A stretch of 64,000 nt of DNA from Candidatus Eiseniibacteriota bacterium. Lineage in GTDB: Bacteria; Eisenbacteria; RBG-16-71-46; JAFGJU01. Below the pieces are notes generated by a model that saw only the letters and a program-made list of their open reading frames with translations, was not told where the DNA came from and made no database searches. Both the position numbers and the translations under genes were made by a program. Shown here piece after piece: positions 52,883 to 62,183 of this stretch; within the stretch, counting starts at the first letter, position 1; each line of letters starts with the position of its first letter. The DNA is taken from contig JAPLKG010000014.1 in NCBI GenBank assembly GCA_026388185.1, positions 276,319-340,318 on the forward strand, given 5' to 3'.

Positions 52883-52950
52883 GGTGCGGCAAGCGCAACG
52901 CGCAGCTATAGGACAGCGGATCAAGATAAACGCCGCGGCAAGACGACGAG

Positions 52951-53751
52951 ATGGAAAAGCAGGGCAAAGCAAGAGAATTCACTGAAACACTCAGGGGAAC
53001 TGCCAATTCTTGTGGCGTGACCCTTTTCGGGACGGCCTCTTTCCACGGACGAGAGAACGAGGCTCCGAGCACGTTACCCTTTTCCTTGAGTGATCTCCCC
53101 TATGCCGTATCCATAGGGTTCAAGCTCAGCGACGTTGTCGTGGATGGTTTGGTGGACAGGCCGACCCGCACGTACCAGTATCACTACCGTCAGGTGAACC
53201 TGTTCATCGACCAAGCCCTGTTGCGACTTCTCGGGAAAGTGCATGAGCTGGGATACGAAGGCTTCCCGGTTCCCTCGTCACAAATAGTCAACTGGGAATC
53301 GAACACCGGCCATCTCACGCACAAGGTCGTCGCGAAGGAGGCGGGCCTCGGATGGATAGGTCGGAGCAACCTGCTGGTTTCTCCCGTGTACGGCGCCAGA
53401 GTGAGATACGGGAGTCTGTTCACAACCATGCCGCTTCAGACGCCGAGTATGCAAGGGGCAAAAGCCGGTATTCAAGGGGCTCAGGTGAGCGCTCAGGGAA
53501 CTCAGGCGGGCATTCAGGGAGCTCAAGACGGCATCCAAGCGGCTCAGGACTGCGGCGACTGTTTCAGATGTCTCAGGGCGTGCCCGGCCTCGGCAATCGG
53601 AAAGACCCGCGAAGAGTTCGATCTCGGAAAATGCACCGAGATGCTCAAGCTTTTCAGCAAGGAAGAAAACATCGGCTCCATGATTTGCGGGCTTTGCGTC
53701 AGGGCGTGCAAGGGACACGACAGACCGCGGAAGACGCCAGCTGCGGGCTAG
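52951..53751 (+). CDS. QueG-like 4Fe-4S protein (epoxyqueuosine-reductase-related, short form) containing an internal heptad tandem repeat
   Basis: AGLGWIGRSNLLVSPVYGARV matches the QueG core motif. CGDCFRCLRACP and CGLCVRAC ferredoxin-type cysteine motifs. Confidence 0.5.
   Translation: MEKQGKAREFTETLRGTANSCGVTLFGTASFHGRENEAPSTLPFSLSDLPYAVSIGFKLSDVVVDGLVDRPTRTYQYHYRQVNLFIDQALLRLLGKVHELGYEGFPVPSSQIVNWESNTGHLTHKVVAKEAGLGWIGRSNLLVSPVYGARVRYGSLFTTMPLQTPSMQGAKAGIQGAQVSAQGTQAGIQGAQDGIQAAQDCGDCFRCLRACPASAIGKTREEFDLGKCTEMLKLFSKEENIGSMICGLCVRACKGHDRPRKTPAAG
53464..53547 (+). repeat. 4 x 21-bp imperfect tandem repeat encoding (A/V/D)(G/S)(I/A)Q(G/A)(A/T)Q heptads inside the QueG-like gene
   Basis: Units gccggtattcaaggggctcag / gtgagcgctcagggaactcag / gcgggcattcagggagctcaa / gacggcatccaagcggctcag. 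Confidence 0.8.
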
Positions 53752-53883
53752 CGGAAGTTGTGGCGGCATCCCCGGCCAGCAAGCCGCATGGAGCGTATGT
53801 CGCGTCTGCGCACGATCCTCGGCTGGCCGACCGCACAAATCACTTGTCGCCGCCCCGCCACTTAAGTATTGGAGGGAGCTAGA

Positions 53884-54411
53884 ATGCCCATCCTTACTGG
53901 AAAGCCTGCCAAAGCCAAGCTGGTCGCGGCGCTCATGGCTCCACGTGAGGGGTTGATCCAGAAAGCCCTTTCTGCTCTCGAGCCAACCTACGGGTCAGTA
54001 GAGCTTGCTAGTAGCGTTTTTCCCTTCACCTACTCCGATTACTACAAAAACGAGATGGGGGACGGTCTGTGCAAGATGTTCTGCTCGTTTGGCAGGCTCA
54101 TCGAACCTGATGAAATCGTGAGCTTGAAACTCGAGGCAATCGAATGCGAGAAGAAGTTTCTGAGAGACGAGGCCCCTCAAACGTCATTCAAAAGGTCGGT
54201 CAACATAGACCCCGGCTATTTGGACAGAACGAAGCTTGTCCTCGCTACGACAAAAGACTGCTCCCACCGAATCTACCTCGCCAAAGGAATCTACGGTGAC
54301 GTCGAGCTCGTGTATAGATCGGGAAGTTTTGTCTGCCTGGAGTGGACGTATCTCGACTATAGAGAGGCGTTCGCCATAGAATTCTTCAACAAGGTGAGGA
54401 GCGCAACCTGA
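53884..54411 (+). CDS. DUF4416-like hypothetical protein
   Basis: GGAGGG RBS, MPILTGKPAKAKLVAAL..YGSVELASSVFPFTYSDYYKNEMG..NIDPGYLDRTKLVLATTKDCSHRIYL pattern recalled as DUF4416. Confidence 0.45.
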   Translation: MPILTGKPAKAKLVAALMAPREGLIQKALSALEPTYGSVELASSVFPFTYSDYYKNEMGDGLCKMFCSFGRLIEPDEIVSLKLEAIECEKKFLRDEAPQTSFKRSVNIDPGYLDRTKLVLATTKDCSHRIYLAKGIYGDVELVYRSGSFVCLEWTYLDYREAFAIEFFNKVRSAT

Positions 54412-54489
54412 CCTCGCAGCGTGTCTTCTTAACGCCTGTGCGCGCTCGGGCAGAGGGAGGCGATAGTGCCGCATGACGTTTTTCCAAAT

Positions 54490-54640
54490 GGCCAGGTTTA
54501 TTTGCTAGTCGCACTTCCAAATAACACGGCTAATATCGGAAGCCAGGTACAAGTGCTGAGGGATGGGTGGGCTTGTGTCCCGGGTGAGGTAAGACACTGG
54601 GTACCGCAGGTTCGAGTCCTAGCTGGGGAGCCACAACTCT
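54490..54640. repeat. About 150-bp element, copy 1. The 5' 55 nt are nearly identical to copy 2. The 3' 90 nt are divergent and end in a tRNA-T-arm-like GGTTCGAGTCC...CTGGGGAGCCA motif.
   Basis: Direct comparison with 57450-57600. Contains hairpin GTGTC-N13-GACAC. Confidence 0.6.
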
Positions 54641-54707
54641 TCCGTATTCCGCAGCCCAAACGCCTAAACCTCAAGTACCCGTCGTTGGACCCGGCCGTAC
54701 AGCAAGT

Positions 54708-55190
54708 CTACTCTTCTAGCAGATTCCCGAATCTCAACTGTCTTTGAGGGGCTTTCGCCTTGATAAGGCTGGAGACTTTCTCAACGAACTTCTCGGCCAC
54801 CGCGATAGAATGAGTCGCTTCTTTCAGCGAACAAGGTATGCCGGGTTCATAGATGAACCTGTGACGTTTTCGCCTCATGAAATCATAATCGTTCACAAGT
54901 TTCCTAAACTCATCTCCTAAAACCGAACCCGCAAATCTCACTATTGTCAAGTGCTTGTTCTTGATTTCCGGTCTGAACCCCTCGCTGAACATCAAACCCA
55001 ATCCCATTCTCAACATGGCATTGTAAGCATAGTTGTAGGCACATTCCGGATCCTCTCGTAGGTTTCTCTTCGCAGTTCTCAGATCAGTGCGGGCGCGCTT
55101 GATCAGCTTGGCTACCGCCCTTTGGTCTACAGGACACCTCTTGATCAATCCGTCCTTTTCAAGGGGTTTCTCGGAATGTCTAGAGCTCAT
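54708..55190 (-). CDS. HEPN-domain toxin (HepT-like), copy A
   Basis: 160 aa, R-x4-H region RRKRHRF. 11-nt overlap with the upstream MNT gene. Confidence 0.7.
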   Translation of the reverse strand: MSSRHSEKPLEKDGLIKRCPVDQRAVAKLIKRARTDLRTAKRNLREDPECAYNYAYNAMLRMGLGLMFSEGFRPEIKNKHLTIVRFAGSVLGDEFRKLVNDYDFMRRKRHRFIYEPGIPCSLKEATHSIAVAEKFVEKVSSLIKAKAPQRQLRFGNLLEE

Positions 55191-55755
55191 CCTCTTTTCC
55201 CACCAACATTATCTTTGGAGCCGTCAAGACCTCTTCGATGAAACCGCTCGCGACTCTTTTCTTCGCCCGGTATTCTTGCAGAGAGTAGATCGTCGGGTTG
55301 ATTTCTCTCCGGAGTTTTTTCTCCAATCCCGCAATCTTCTCGTTCAACACGGAGATGTCGGGACGCCCGATTATCATTAGATCGATGTCGCTGGTCGCTT
55401 TTTCTCGACCCGAAGCGAATGATCCATAAATGAAGGCCAGCCTTATGTCCTTGAAAGACGATAACGTTTTTCTTACTGCCCCTTCAACACCAACAGTCTT
55501 AGAGACTATGGCCTTCAGTTCCTTGAATAGGGGATGTCCAGTATTCAGAGAGTAGTAGAGCAGGTTTCCGACTCTGTGAGTGACGAATAGGTTATCCCTC
55601 TGAAATCTTAAGAGCTCTCTTCTTATGCTGCCCGCGGAGTAACCCAGGATGCGCTCAAGTTGTCGCAGATAGTATTTCTGGGATGGATTGCTGAAGAAAA
55701 GGGACAGCAAGCCCTGTCTGATTCTTGACTTCGTTACATATAGCGCTTCCAACAT
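55180..55755 (-). CDS. Nucleotidyltransferase (MNT/MntA-like) antitoxin with N-terminal wHTH, copy A
   Basis: GSFASGREKATSDIDLMII NTase motif. N-terminal HTH. AGGAG RBS before ATG 55755. Confidence 0.7.
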   Translation of the reverse strand: MLEALYVTKSRIRQGLLSLFFSNPSQKYYLRQLERILGYSAGSIRRELLRFQRDNLFVTHRVGNLLYYSLNTGHPLFKELKAIVSKTVGVEGAVRKTLSSFKDIRLAFIYGSFASGREKATSDIDLMIIGRPDISVLNEKIAGLEKKLRREINPTIYSLQEYRAKKRVASGFIEEVLTAPKIMLVGKEDEL

Positions 55756-55770
55756 CGTTGAACTCCTTCT

Positions 55771-55788
55771 TGAGTACAATTGTACTCA
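55771..55788. promoter_or_regulatory. Perfect palindrome TGAGTACAATTGTACTCA, putative autoregulatory operator of the HTH-MNT/HEPN operon (copy A). Identical site at 62764-62781 for copy B.
   Basis: 18-nt perfect inverted repeat 16 nt upstream of the MNT start, conserved in both copies. Confidence 0.55.
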
Positions 55789-56146
55789 GTATTGGATACA
55801 GCGGCAAGTCTTATCTGAACCCAACCTTTGTACCGAAGTGGACTGTGCGACGAGCGTCTGAGGGTGGCATTCCAGATTGCACCACTGCCTGGTACTCGGA
55901 AGCTGCGGTGAGCCCTTCTGGCAATCAAGGCTGGACGACAGTTCTGGCACGATCCGGCCAGGAAGACAGTCTGAAGGTGAACCTATCCAGTCGTCACACA
56001 CTCTCGCTGGCGTTCGTTGTGCCCGCGCTTAGTGCTCCAGTCCGTGTAGACAACCCGGAAGTGAAGGGCGACTTCAAGGCTCTCTTCTAGGGTTCGAATA
56101 CTGGCACATTTGGGGAGGCACACCCTCCTGCTGTGCTGCACAATGC

Positions 56147-57286
56147 TCACCGCTGCAGAGCCGTCACAAGACCGGAAAGGCTGACGAACCGAACCTCCAT
56201 GTCACCATACTTCCTGTGGTAGCTGCGGGTCACGTCGTTAGCCACGACATAGTTTGAACCGGTCGGATATTGTCTCCGAAATGCCTGAAGATTCTTGGGG
56301 TCGAACGCGCCTGCCGACCATTTGCATTCGATGGCCACCGGAGCCCTTCCTCGCACCGAGTGTACGAAATCCACCTCGTGTCCTCGTTTGTCACGCCAGT
56401 ACCGAACTGTCCTCACCTGAAGAATGCTCTGAATCTCGTTCAGCACGTAGTGCTCCCAGAGCTGTCCCATGTCCTCTTCACGCAATTCTGTCCACCCGCG
56501 GTGGTAACATACGAAGCCAGTGTCGAAGCCGTAGACCTTCGGGGCCGCCACGATTTCGGTAGACTTGTGTCTTGTGAAGGGGCGAACTACGTGGGTGATA
56601 AACGTGGCTTCAAGCACGGCGAGATAATTGGAAATCGTCGTCCGGCTGATCTCGCAGGAGCGTGCGAACCTCGTCGCCTCGAATATGCTCCCACTTTGCG
56701 CGAGAAGAAGCTCCACAAATCGCTGAAACGAGGCTCTCCTCTCTAAGCGAAACAACTCCTGAATGTCCTTCGCCCAGTATGCATCAATCCATTCCTGGAA
56801 ATCTCGATCCGGAGTATTCGTGGCAAGAAAGAACGGGGGGAGTCCGCCGTAGAGGAAGCGGTGGCTGAGATCCACGTTCTTGAAGTCCACGAGATCGTGG
56901 CTGTTCATCGGCGTAAGCCAAAGATCCCTTTTCCGACCCGCCAGTGTGTCCTTGAACCTTGCCGACGCCCCGAGCGTGGATGACCCCGTGGCAAGGACTC
57001 GAGTCTTCAGGAAGTGGTCTGCCGCGATCTTGAGCAACTCGGAAGGATTCGAAAGGCGGTGAATCTCATCGAGCACAATTCTCCGGCCTACGAGGTCTTT
57101 CAGGAAACCTTCAGGATCCTCCATCAGACGCCGCGTACGGGGAAGCTCACAGTCGAAGTACTCGACTTTGTCCAATGACTTACTCAGGAAGGTCTTGCCT
57201 ACACGTCTAGCTCCAGAAAGCCAGACTACCGGCTTTTCCTTCCAGGCAGATTCAACCAAATCTATCCAGAAAGACCTTCGTACCAT
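56147..57286 (-). CDS. AAA+ ATPase (AAA_14 N-domain + DUF4143 C-domain)
   Basis: Walker A LSGARRVGKTF, Walker B IVLDEIH, DUF4143-like C-terminal region. Confidence 0.65.
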   Translation of the reverse strand: MVRRSFWIDLVESAWKEKPVVWLSGARRVGKTFLSKSLDKVEYFDCELPRTRRLMEDPEGFLKDLVGRRIVLDEIHRLSNPSELLKIAADHFLKTRVLATGSSTLGASARFKDTLAGRKRDLWLTPMNSHDLVDFKNVDLSHRFLYGGLPPFFLATNTPDRDFQEWIDAYWAKDIQELFRLERRASFQRFVELLLAQSGSIFEATRFARSCEISRTTISNYLAVLEATFITHVVRPFTRHKSTEIVAAPKVYGFDTGFVCYHRGWTELREEDMGQLWEHYVLNEIQSILQVRTVRYWRDKRGHEVDFVHSVRGRAPVAIECKWSAGAFDPKNLQAFRRQYPTGSNYVVANDVTRSYHRKYGDMEVRFVSLSGLVTALQR

Positions 57287-57449
57287 ACGCAACCATTGTT
57301 GCACATGGTGCTACCAAATGCAAGATCAAAAGCACAGTCGAAGGCACGCCTTATTGAGTGGTGGCTAAGATACTCGGGCAGGAGTGTGAAAATGACCTGC
57401 TTGCCCACGTTCCGGGCGGGTCCAGACAGCACTCCGTTCAGACGTCGAT

Positions 57450-57600
57450 TTTCCAAATAACCAGGTTTATTTGCTAGTCGTGCTTCCAAATAACACGGCT
57501 AATATCGGAAATCAGACACAAATGTTGAGGAATGGGTGGGCTTGTGTCGCGGGTGAAGCAAGACACTGGGTACCGTCGGTTCGAGTCCTATCTGGGGAGG
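57450..57600. repeat. About 150-bp element, copy 2 (see 54490-54640)
   Basis: ttttccaaata..ccaggtttatttgctagtcg..cttccaaataacacggctaatatcgga.. identical. 3' part has about 20 substitutions without indels. Confidence 0.6.
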
Positions 57601-57896
57601 CACTCGGTGCTCCAAGGTTGCCCTACTTCCTGCGCAGAGGATTTTGGCGTTCTCCAGCGAGAGCGCCTGTTCTCTTTTGGCAGGACTAAGACGAGCCGAT
57701 GGACAGAGACCGGGTATTGCTCTGGTTTAGTATCAAGGGCTGAGTTTTTTCTCTTGGCCTCTACGTGCGGTCGTGCTCACTGCATCCTTGCCCTACCCCT
57801 CGGGCTCCGGAATTTGATGGCAATGGCACGAAACTCAATGGGATGCTGCCGCTGATCGCACGCATTGATACTCGTCACAATGATCTTTAGGCTGGG

Positions 57897-58316
57897 CTAG
57901 TCCGCATCTACCAGATGGTCTCGAATGAACTTCTCCGCAGCCGCAACGACGTGATCTTTGACTCCCGATGGACTCTGTGCCAGCCAGACTGTGAAATTGT
58001 AAAGTTCTTGGGTATCCGCCTTCAGCCACTTACCATTACCAGCTAGAAATGTGAGCAAGGTGGTTACTGCGATCCTCTTGTTGCCGTTCTGGAAGGGGTG
58101 GTTCTTGATCATCAGATAGAAAAGAACACTAGCCTTGCCCACTAGTGTTGGGTACAGGGCCTTGCCTGAAAAACTCTGAAACGGAGTCACAACGCAGCTT
58201 TCAAGTCTGTTTGCAAATCGCGTAGAGAAATCAGGTATTGGCTCGTCGAAGGAGAGGTGTTCTTTAGCGAGTCGAAAGGCAAGGTATTCCACGTCGGCTA
58301 TAGTTATGATTCTCAC
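57897..58316 (-). CDS. doc: Doc/Fic-family toxin (HPFQNGNKR Fic motif)
   Basis: 139 aa, canonical Doc motif HPFxxGNKR. Confidence 0.8.
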   Translation of the reverse strand: MRIITIADVEYLAFRLAKEHLSFDEPIPDFSTRFANRLESCVVTPFQSFSGKALYPTLVGKASVLFYLMIKNHPFQNGNKRIAVTTLLTFLAGNGKWLKADTQELYNFTVWLAQSPSGVKDHVVAAAEKFIRDHLVDAD

Positions 58317-58573
58317 TATTCCCTGCTTAAGTTCTTCAGGACTTCGCCATATTCCAGAACTGTTCTACGAACAGCTGCATCTATTCGCTTCTTTCCCTTT
58401 CCTGATGTCTTCTTGCCGAGGACATCTGTGAGAGTACGGTCTGTAATGACGTACGTTTTGCCGATCTTCATAGCACGGATCTGCCCTTTTCTGACCCGGT
58501 TGTAAATGGCAATGCGACTGACTCCGATAAGCTTGGCAAGTTCGGGTATAGTGAAGTATTTTTCCTTAGCCAT
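58316..58573 (-). CDS. HTH (MerR/excisionase-like) DNA-binding antitoxin partner of Doc
   Basis: 85 aa, IPELAKLIGVSRIAIYNRVRKGQI HTH. 1-nt overlap with doc. Confidence 0.6.
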   Translation of the reverse strand: MAKEKYFTIPELAKLIGVSRIAIYNRVRKGQIRAMKIGKTYVITDRTLTDVLGKKTSGKGKKRIDAAVRRTVLEYGEVLKNLSRE

Positions 58574-58863
58574 GGTTCCTCACCTGAAGTTAGAAGGTTA
58601 ACTTGACATCCACAGGTTAACATAAGTTAATCAAGCGAACAACAGTTAACATGAGTTAACGTGAGCAAATTGATCAGTAACAAACAGATATCCTAACGTC
58701 TTGTCAAATAGTCAAGTTAGTGGATAATCCTGGAAAAGCCTTACTTTAGGAAGCTGGCGAGTATATCTCTCCCGGAAGCGACTCCTTTGTGGTACAATTC
58801 TCTTTCCAGTGAGGCCTTCGTTTTCTCAGAAAGGTATTTTATCCACAGATCAGATACCAATAG

Positions 58864-59790
58864 ATGGTATATATACCATCTATTGGTAGACAAATGGGCT
58901 CTATGAAGATGCTAACCAAGAAACATCATCTCGAAATCAAGACCTACTTCGATAGCGTGGATGCAAGAATATACACCCAGAAAGACATCCGACAAATCCT
59001 CGCAAGCAAACGGATTCTATGGCAACTGCCTGGAAAAATAGGCGTGGCTGAATTCCTGGACCATCTCATTAAGAATTCGGAACTCAAGAAAATCGTTCTC
59101 AATTCTCCAGATTATGATAAGAAATACATCCGCTATGCATGGAGGGAGATATCTGCATATCAGCTAAGTCTCTCTTTGAGACCACATTCCTATTTATCTC
59201 ACCGCTCCGCAATGTACTTGAATAATCTGACTGAACTGCCTTCCAGGATCATATACGTTAACTCCGAACAAACCCCAAAACCTCGACATGAAACCAGCCT
59301 TGAACAGAGATTGATCGACTTAGCCTTCAAATCTGAGCCCAGAACCTCAAAGTATGTTTTCAAGCATAAGAATTGGCGGATATGCTGTTTGAGCGGATTG
59401 AATACAGATAATTTGGGAGTAGTGGAAATCCAGGCACCCACTCAGGGCAGATTGCAGGTCACTGGCATTGAGAGAACCTTGATCGATATAGCCGTCAGAC
59501 CTTTTTATTCTGGCGGGACAGGTGAAGTCCTCAAGGCTTATATGAAGGCAATAGGGAAAATTGACACTGACCGACTGATTTCAATTCTGAGGAAGATCGA
59601 ATACATTTATCCGTACCATCAGGTAATAGGTTTCTATTTGCAGGGGGCAGGTTTTCAGAATTCTTCCTTGAATTCGTTTAAAGAAATGGGACTCAAACAT
59701 GATTTCTATCTTGACTATGGTATGCAGGAAAAAGACTACTCCAAAGAGTGGAGAGTTTACTTTCCCAAAGATCTTATGACTGCGCGTTAG
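58864..59790 (+). CDS. AbiEi-like (type IV TA antitoxin family) domain protein in AT-rich segment. Assignment tentative.
   Basis: SYLSHRSAMYLNNLTE resembles the AbiEi_4 S-x-x-SAL-x-x-hGL motif. Local GC clearly lower than flanks. Confidence 0.35.
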   Translation: MVYIPSIGRQMGSMKMLTKKHHLEIKTYFDSVDARIYTQKDIRQILASKRILWQLPGKIGVAEFLDHLIKNSELKKIVLNSPDYDKKYIRYAWREISAYQLSLSLRPHSYLSHRSAMYLNNLTELPSRIIYVNSEQTPKPRHETSLEQRLIDLAFKSEPRTSKYVFKHKNWRICCLSGLNTDNLGVVEIQAPTQGRLQVTGIERTLIDIAVRPFYSGGTGEVLKAYMKAIGKIDTDRLISILRKIEYIYPYHQVIGFYLQGAGFQNSSLNSFKEMGLKHDFYLDYGMQEKDYSKEWRVYFPKDLMTAR

Positions 59791-60219
59791 TTCATTGTCC
59801 GGATATCCACCAAGCCCGAGCTGATCCAATATGATAATAAGGTTCTAATCAAGCGCGAGGCACTTCTCTTCCATCAGTTAGCAAGGCGCCTTCTTGGTAG
59901 GTGACAAACTTAGGCGTCAGGACACGGTCTCATCATCTCTTGGTCGAGGGGCACTTGCTTCTGTCTGAACCGTGGTCTGTGAGAAGGTCGGTTGCATGCG
60001 CCTGTTGCGCCGACTAACGACTGTCAATGGCGATTTAATCTTACCCAGAAGTGGCGAAGTAAAAGTGTACCACCTATACGGCGTGCGCTGATCAGGCGAG
60101 TACGGATCTTGCCTCCTGTCTTGGGTCATAGGTGTAGTTCTTAACCAAACCTATAGTAGACCTCTCACAGGAGGTTTTTCATAAGTATCTAACATCGTCC
60201 AGCGAGGGGAGGCAACGAG

Positions 60220-61374
60220 CTATCTGAAAAGCGCCTTGATCTTGCCCCAGGTGGTGGGCAGTACAGATGTGGGACCGCAGCCGACACCCAAGGCGCCTAC
60301 CTGTCCACAACCAGGATGATTTGCGCAGGGCGAGGTACAGTTGATGTGGTAGTCCCCAGCAGCAGGATCACAAAAGAGAGGGTTTGCCGAGAAATCTTCA
60401 GACACCGACGTGCACGTATAGTAGTTTCCACGGCTGTTGTTCCATACGTCATTGCAGTGCAGTGTGGGTGACGATGAATGGGGCTGGGCGCAATCTATCC
60501 CGTACCATTCACTGCCAATCACGATATTGTTCTCCAGAAGTGGCGAGGCAGAATCAAGGGCAATGCCGACCTGGTTGTTGACTATCGTGTTACTATGCAC
60601 AGTTGGCGATGAATAGCTTATGTAGACACCATAACCCGTTCCGTCTACGATCAGATTCTCGTAGACTTCTGCCTGTGATGAAGCCCTGCACGAAACGCCG
60701 CCTGAACCATCCCTCATGATATTCCTGCGTACAACCGGAGAGCTACCTTGACAGGCAACCGCCATATCCTCGTTCCCGATGAACTCGTTGTTCTCAATGA
60801 CAGCCTGCGAAGTCAGACAATAAATCCCAGATCCATCAACGCTGCCGTACTCTGGCCATCCGCCCGTGTTGTTGCTTATTGTATTGCCGGAAACATATAG
60901 AACCGAAGCAGCATCAGCGGCTATGCCGCCCCCGGAGTTGTCCGTAATGACGTTGTCAATGATCTGAACATCTGAAGATTCACAGAAGATCCCACTCCCG
61001 GCATTGTTGGGCCAGTAATACCCAGAATACTGACCGTTGGTTATCGTAAGCCCTCGTATTACACCCGTGGCCGGAACATTGGTGCAATGGATAGCTCTGT
61101 GAAAGTCCCCGCCATGAATGCTGGTAACCGCGGTACCTTGTTCGCTAATTAGGGCGATGTTCTTTCCAGATATGGTCAAGGGCCCATAGTAATAGGGCTC
61201 ATAGTAATCACCCGGACCGACAAGGACTGTGTCGCCTGCAGCAGCAGAATCGATGCACGCCTGAATGGTCGTGCAATCCCCACTTCCATCCTGCCTCACA
61301 AGCCACGTGCGGGCGTCAGAGGCAACGGGGATGAGCAAGAGAAGAGAGAACAGAAGGAGGATGATAGCTCTCAT
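60220..61374 (-). CDS. Secreted right-handed parallel beta-helix repeat protein (pectate-lyase/NosD-like fold)
   Basis: Signal peptide MRAIILLLFSLLLLIPVASDA. Repeated (I/V)xxNx(I/V)xxNxxxG(I/V) turns. Confidence 0.6.
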   Translation of the reverse strand: MRAIILLLFSLLLLIPVASDARTWLVRQDGSGDCTTIQACIDSAAAGDTVLVGPGDYYEPYYYGPLTISGKNIALISEQGTAVTSIHGGDFHRAIHCTNVPATGVIRGLTITNGQYSGYYWPNNAGSGIFCESSDVQIIDNVITDNSGGGIAADAASVLYVSGNTISNNTGGWPEYGSVDGSGIYCLTSQAVIENNEFIGNEDMAVACQGSSPVVRRNIMRDGSGGVSCRASSQAEVYENLIVDGTGYGVYISYSSPTVHSNTIVNNQVGIALDSASPLLENNIVIGSEWYGIDCAQPHSSSPTLHCNDVWNNSRGNYYTCTSVSEDFSANPLFCDPAAGDYHINCTSPCANHPGCGQVGALGVGCGPTSVLPTTWGKIKALFR

Positions 61375-61700
61375 ATCGCTTTCGACCTCGCTTTCTGCCT
61401 GTCACAGACGAGCTCAGGGAAAACAAGAGGAAAGAGATCTTGTAAGCTAATCAATACGAGGAACTGTCTAAGGTTAGACTATCACATCTTGCCGCTTCGC
61501 GCAATCCCTTTCGATAACCCACCGAGAGCATGCAACCTGTTCTCAGTATGTGGGAAGGGAACACCTCGGGACCAGACGGCTCACATCCACTCTAATGGTT
61601 CGCAAATCGTACAACTTGAGGAGCCACAACTCTTCTGTATTCCGCAGCCCAAACGCCTCAACCTCAAGTCCCCGTCGTTGGACCCGGCCGTACAGCAAAT

Positions 61701-62183
61701 TCACTCTTCCAGCAGATTCCCGAATCTCGACTGTCTCTGAGGGGCTTTCGCTCTGATGAGGCTTGAGACTTTCTCAACGAACTCCTCGGCCACCGCGATA
61801 GAATGAGTCGCTTCTTTCAGCGAACAAGGTATGCCGGGTTCATAGATGAACCTGTGACGTTTTCGCCTCATGAAATCATAATCGTTCACAAGTTTCCTAG
61901 ACTCGTCTCCTAGAATCGAACCCGCAAATCTCACTATTGTCAAGTGCTTGTCCTTGATTTCCGGTCTAAACCCGTCGCTGAACATCAGACCCAGTCCCAT
62001 TCTCAACATGGCATTGTAAGCATAGTTGTAAGCACATTCCGGATCCTCTCGCAGGTTTCTCTTAGCAGTTCTCAGATCAGTGCGGGCGCGCTTCATTAGC
62101 TTGGCTACTGTCCTTTGGTCTACAGGACACCTCTTGATCAATCCGTCCTTTTCAAGGGGTTTCTCAGAATGTCTAGAGCTCAT
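61701..62183 (-). CDS. HEPN-domain toxin, copy B
   Basis: Near-identical to 54708-55190. Confidence 0.7.
   Translation of the reverse strand: MSSRHSEKPLEKDGLIKRCPVDQRTVAKLMKRARTDLRTAKRNLREDPECAYNYAYNAMLRMGLGLMFSDGFRPEIKDKHLTIVRFAGSILGDESRKLVNDYDFMRRKRHRFIYEPGIPCSLKEATHSIAVAEEFVEKVSSLIRAKAPQRQSRFGNLLEE

Larger units (their letters stand above)
54625..56110. repeat. About 1.5-kb direct repeat unit A (HEPN + HTH-MNT + 330-bp upstream region). About 90% identical to unit B at about 61610-63110.
   Basis: Visual alignment of both segments. Proteins differ at a few residues only. Confidence 0.75.

Noticed and set aside
54560-54640. Interpretation of the repeat 3' part as a tRNA or tmRNA gene
   Set aside because: Despite GGTTCGAGTCC and a CCA-like end, I could not build a T-stem (only 3 of 5 pairs) or an acceptor stem. 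No cloverleaf is consistent in both copies.
54466-54747. ORFs 54466-54747 and 57471-57689 (shared ..LPNNTANIG.Q.Q.LR.GWACV.GE.RHWVP.VRVL.GE..)
   Set aside because: They coincide with the two 150-bp repeat elements. Differences between copies fall mostly on first and second codon positions, and both other frames are closed. More likely a non-coding element than a conserved small protein.
55860-55960. Resemblance of ..cctggtactcggaagctgcggtgagcc.. to the SRP (4.5S) RNA domain IV
   Set aside because: Only a loose GGAAG/GCAGC similarity. The sequence is duplicated within a mobile TA module, which is inconsistent with an essential single-copy SRP RNA.
55725-56090. Plus-strand ORFs 55725-56090 and 62718-63023 upstream of the MNT genes
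   Set aside because: They overlap the MNT N-terminus antisense and lose frame relative to each other between the two repeat copies.
60220-61374. T9SS CTD on the beta-helix protein
   Set aside because: The C-terminus (..TTWGKIKALFR) is too short and lacks the conserved CTD strand pattern seen in the three genuine CTD proteins.
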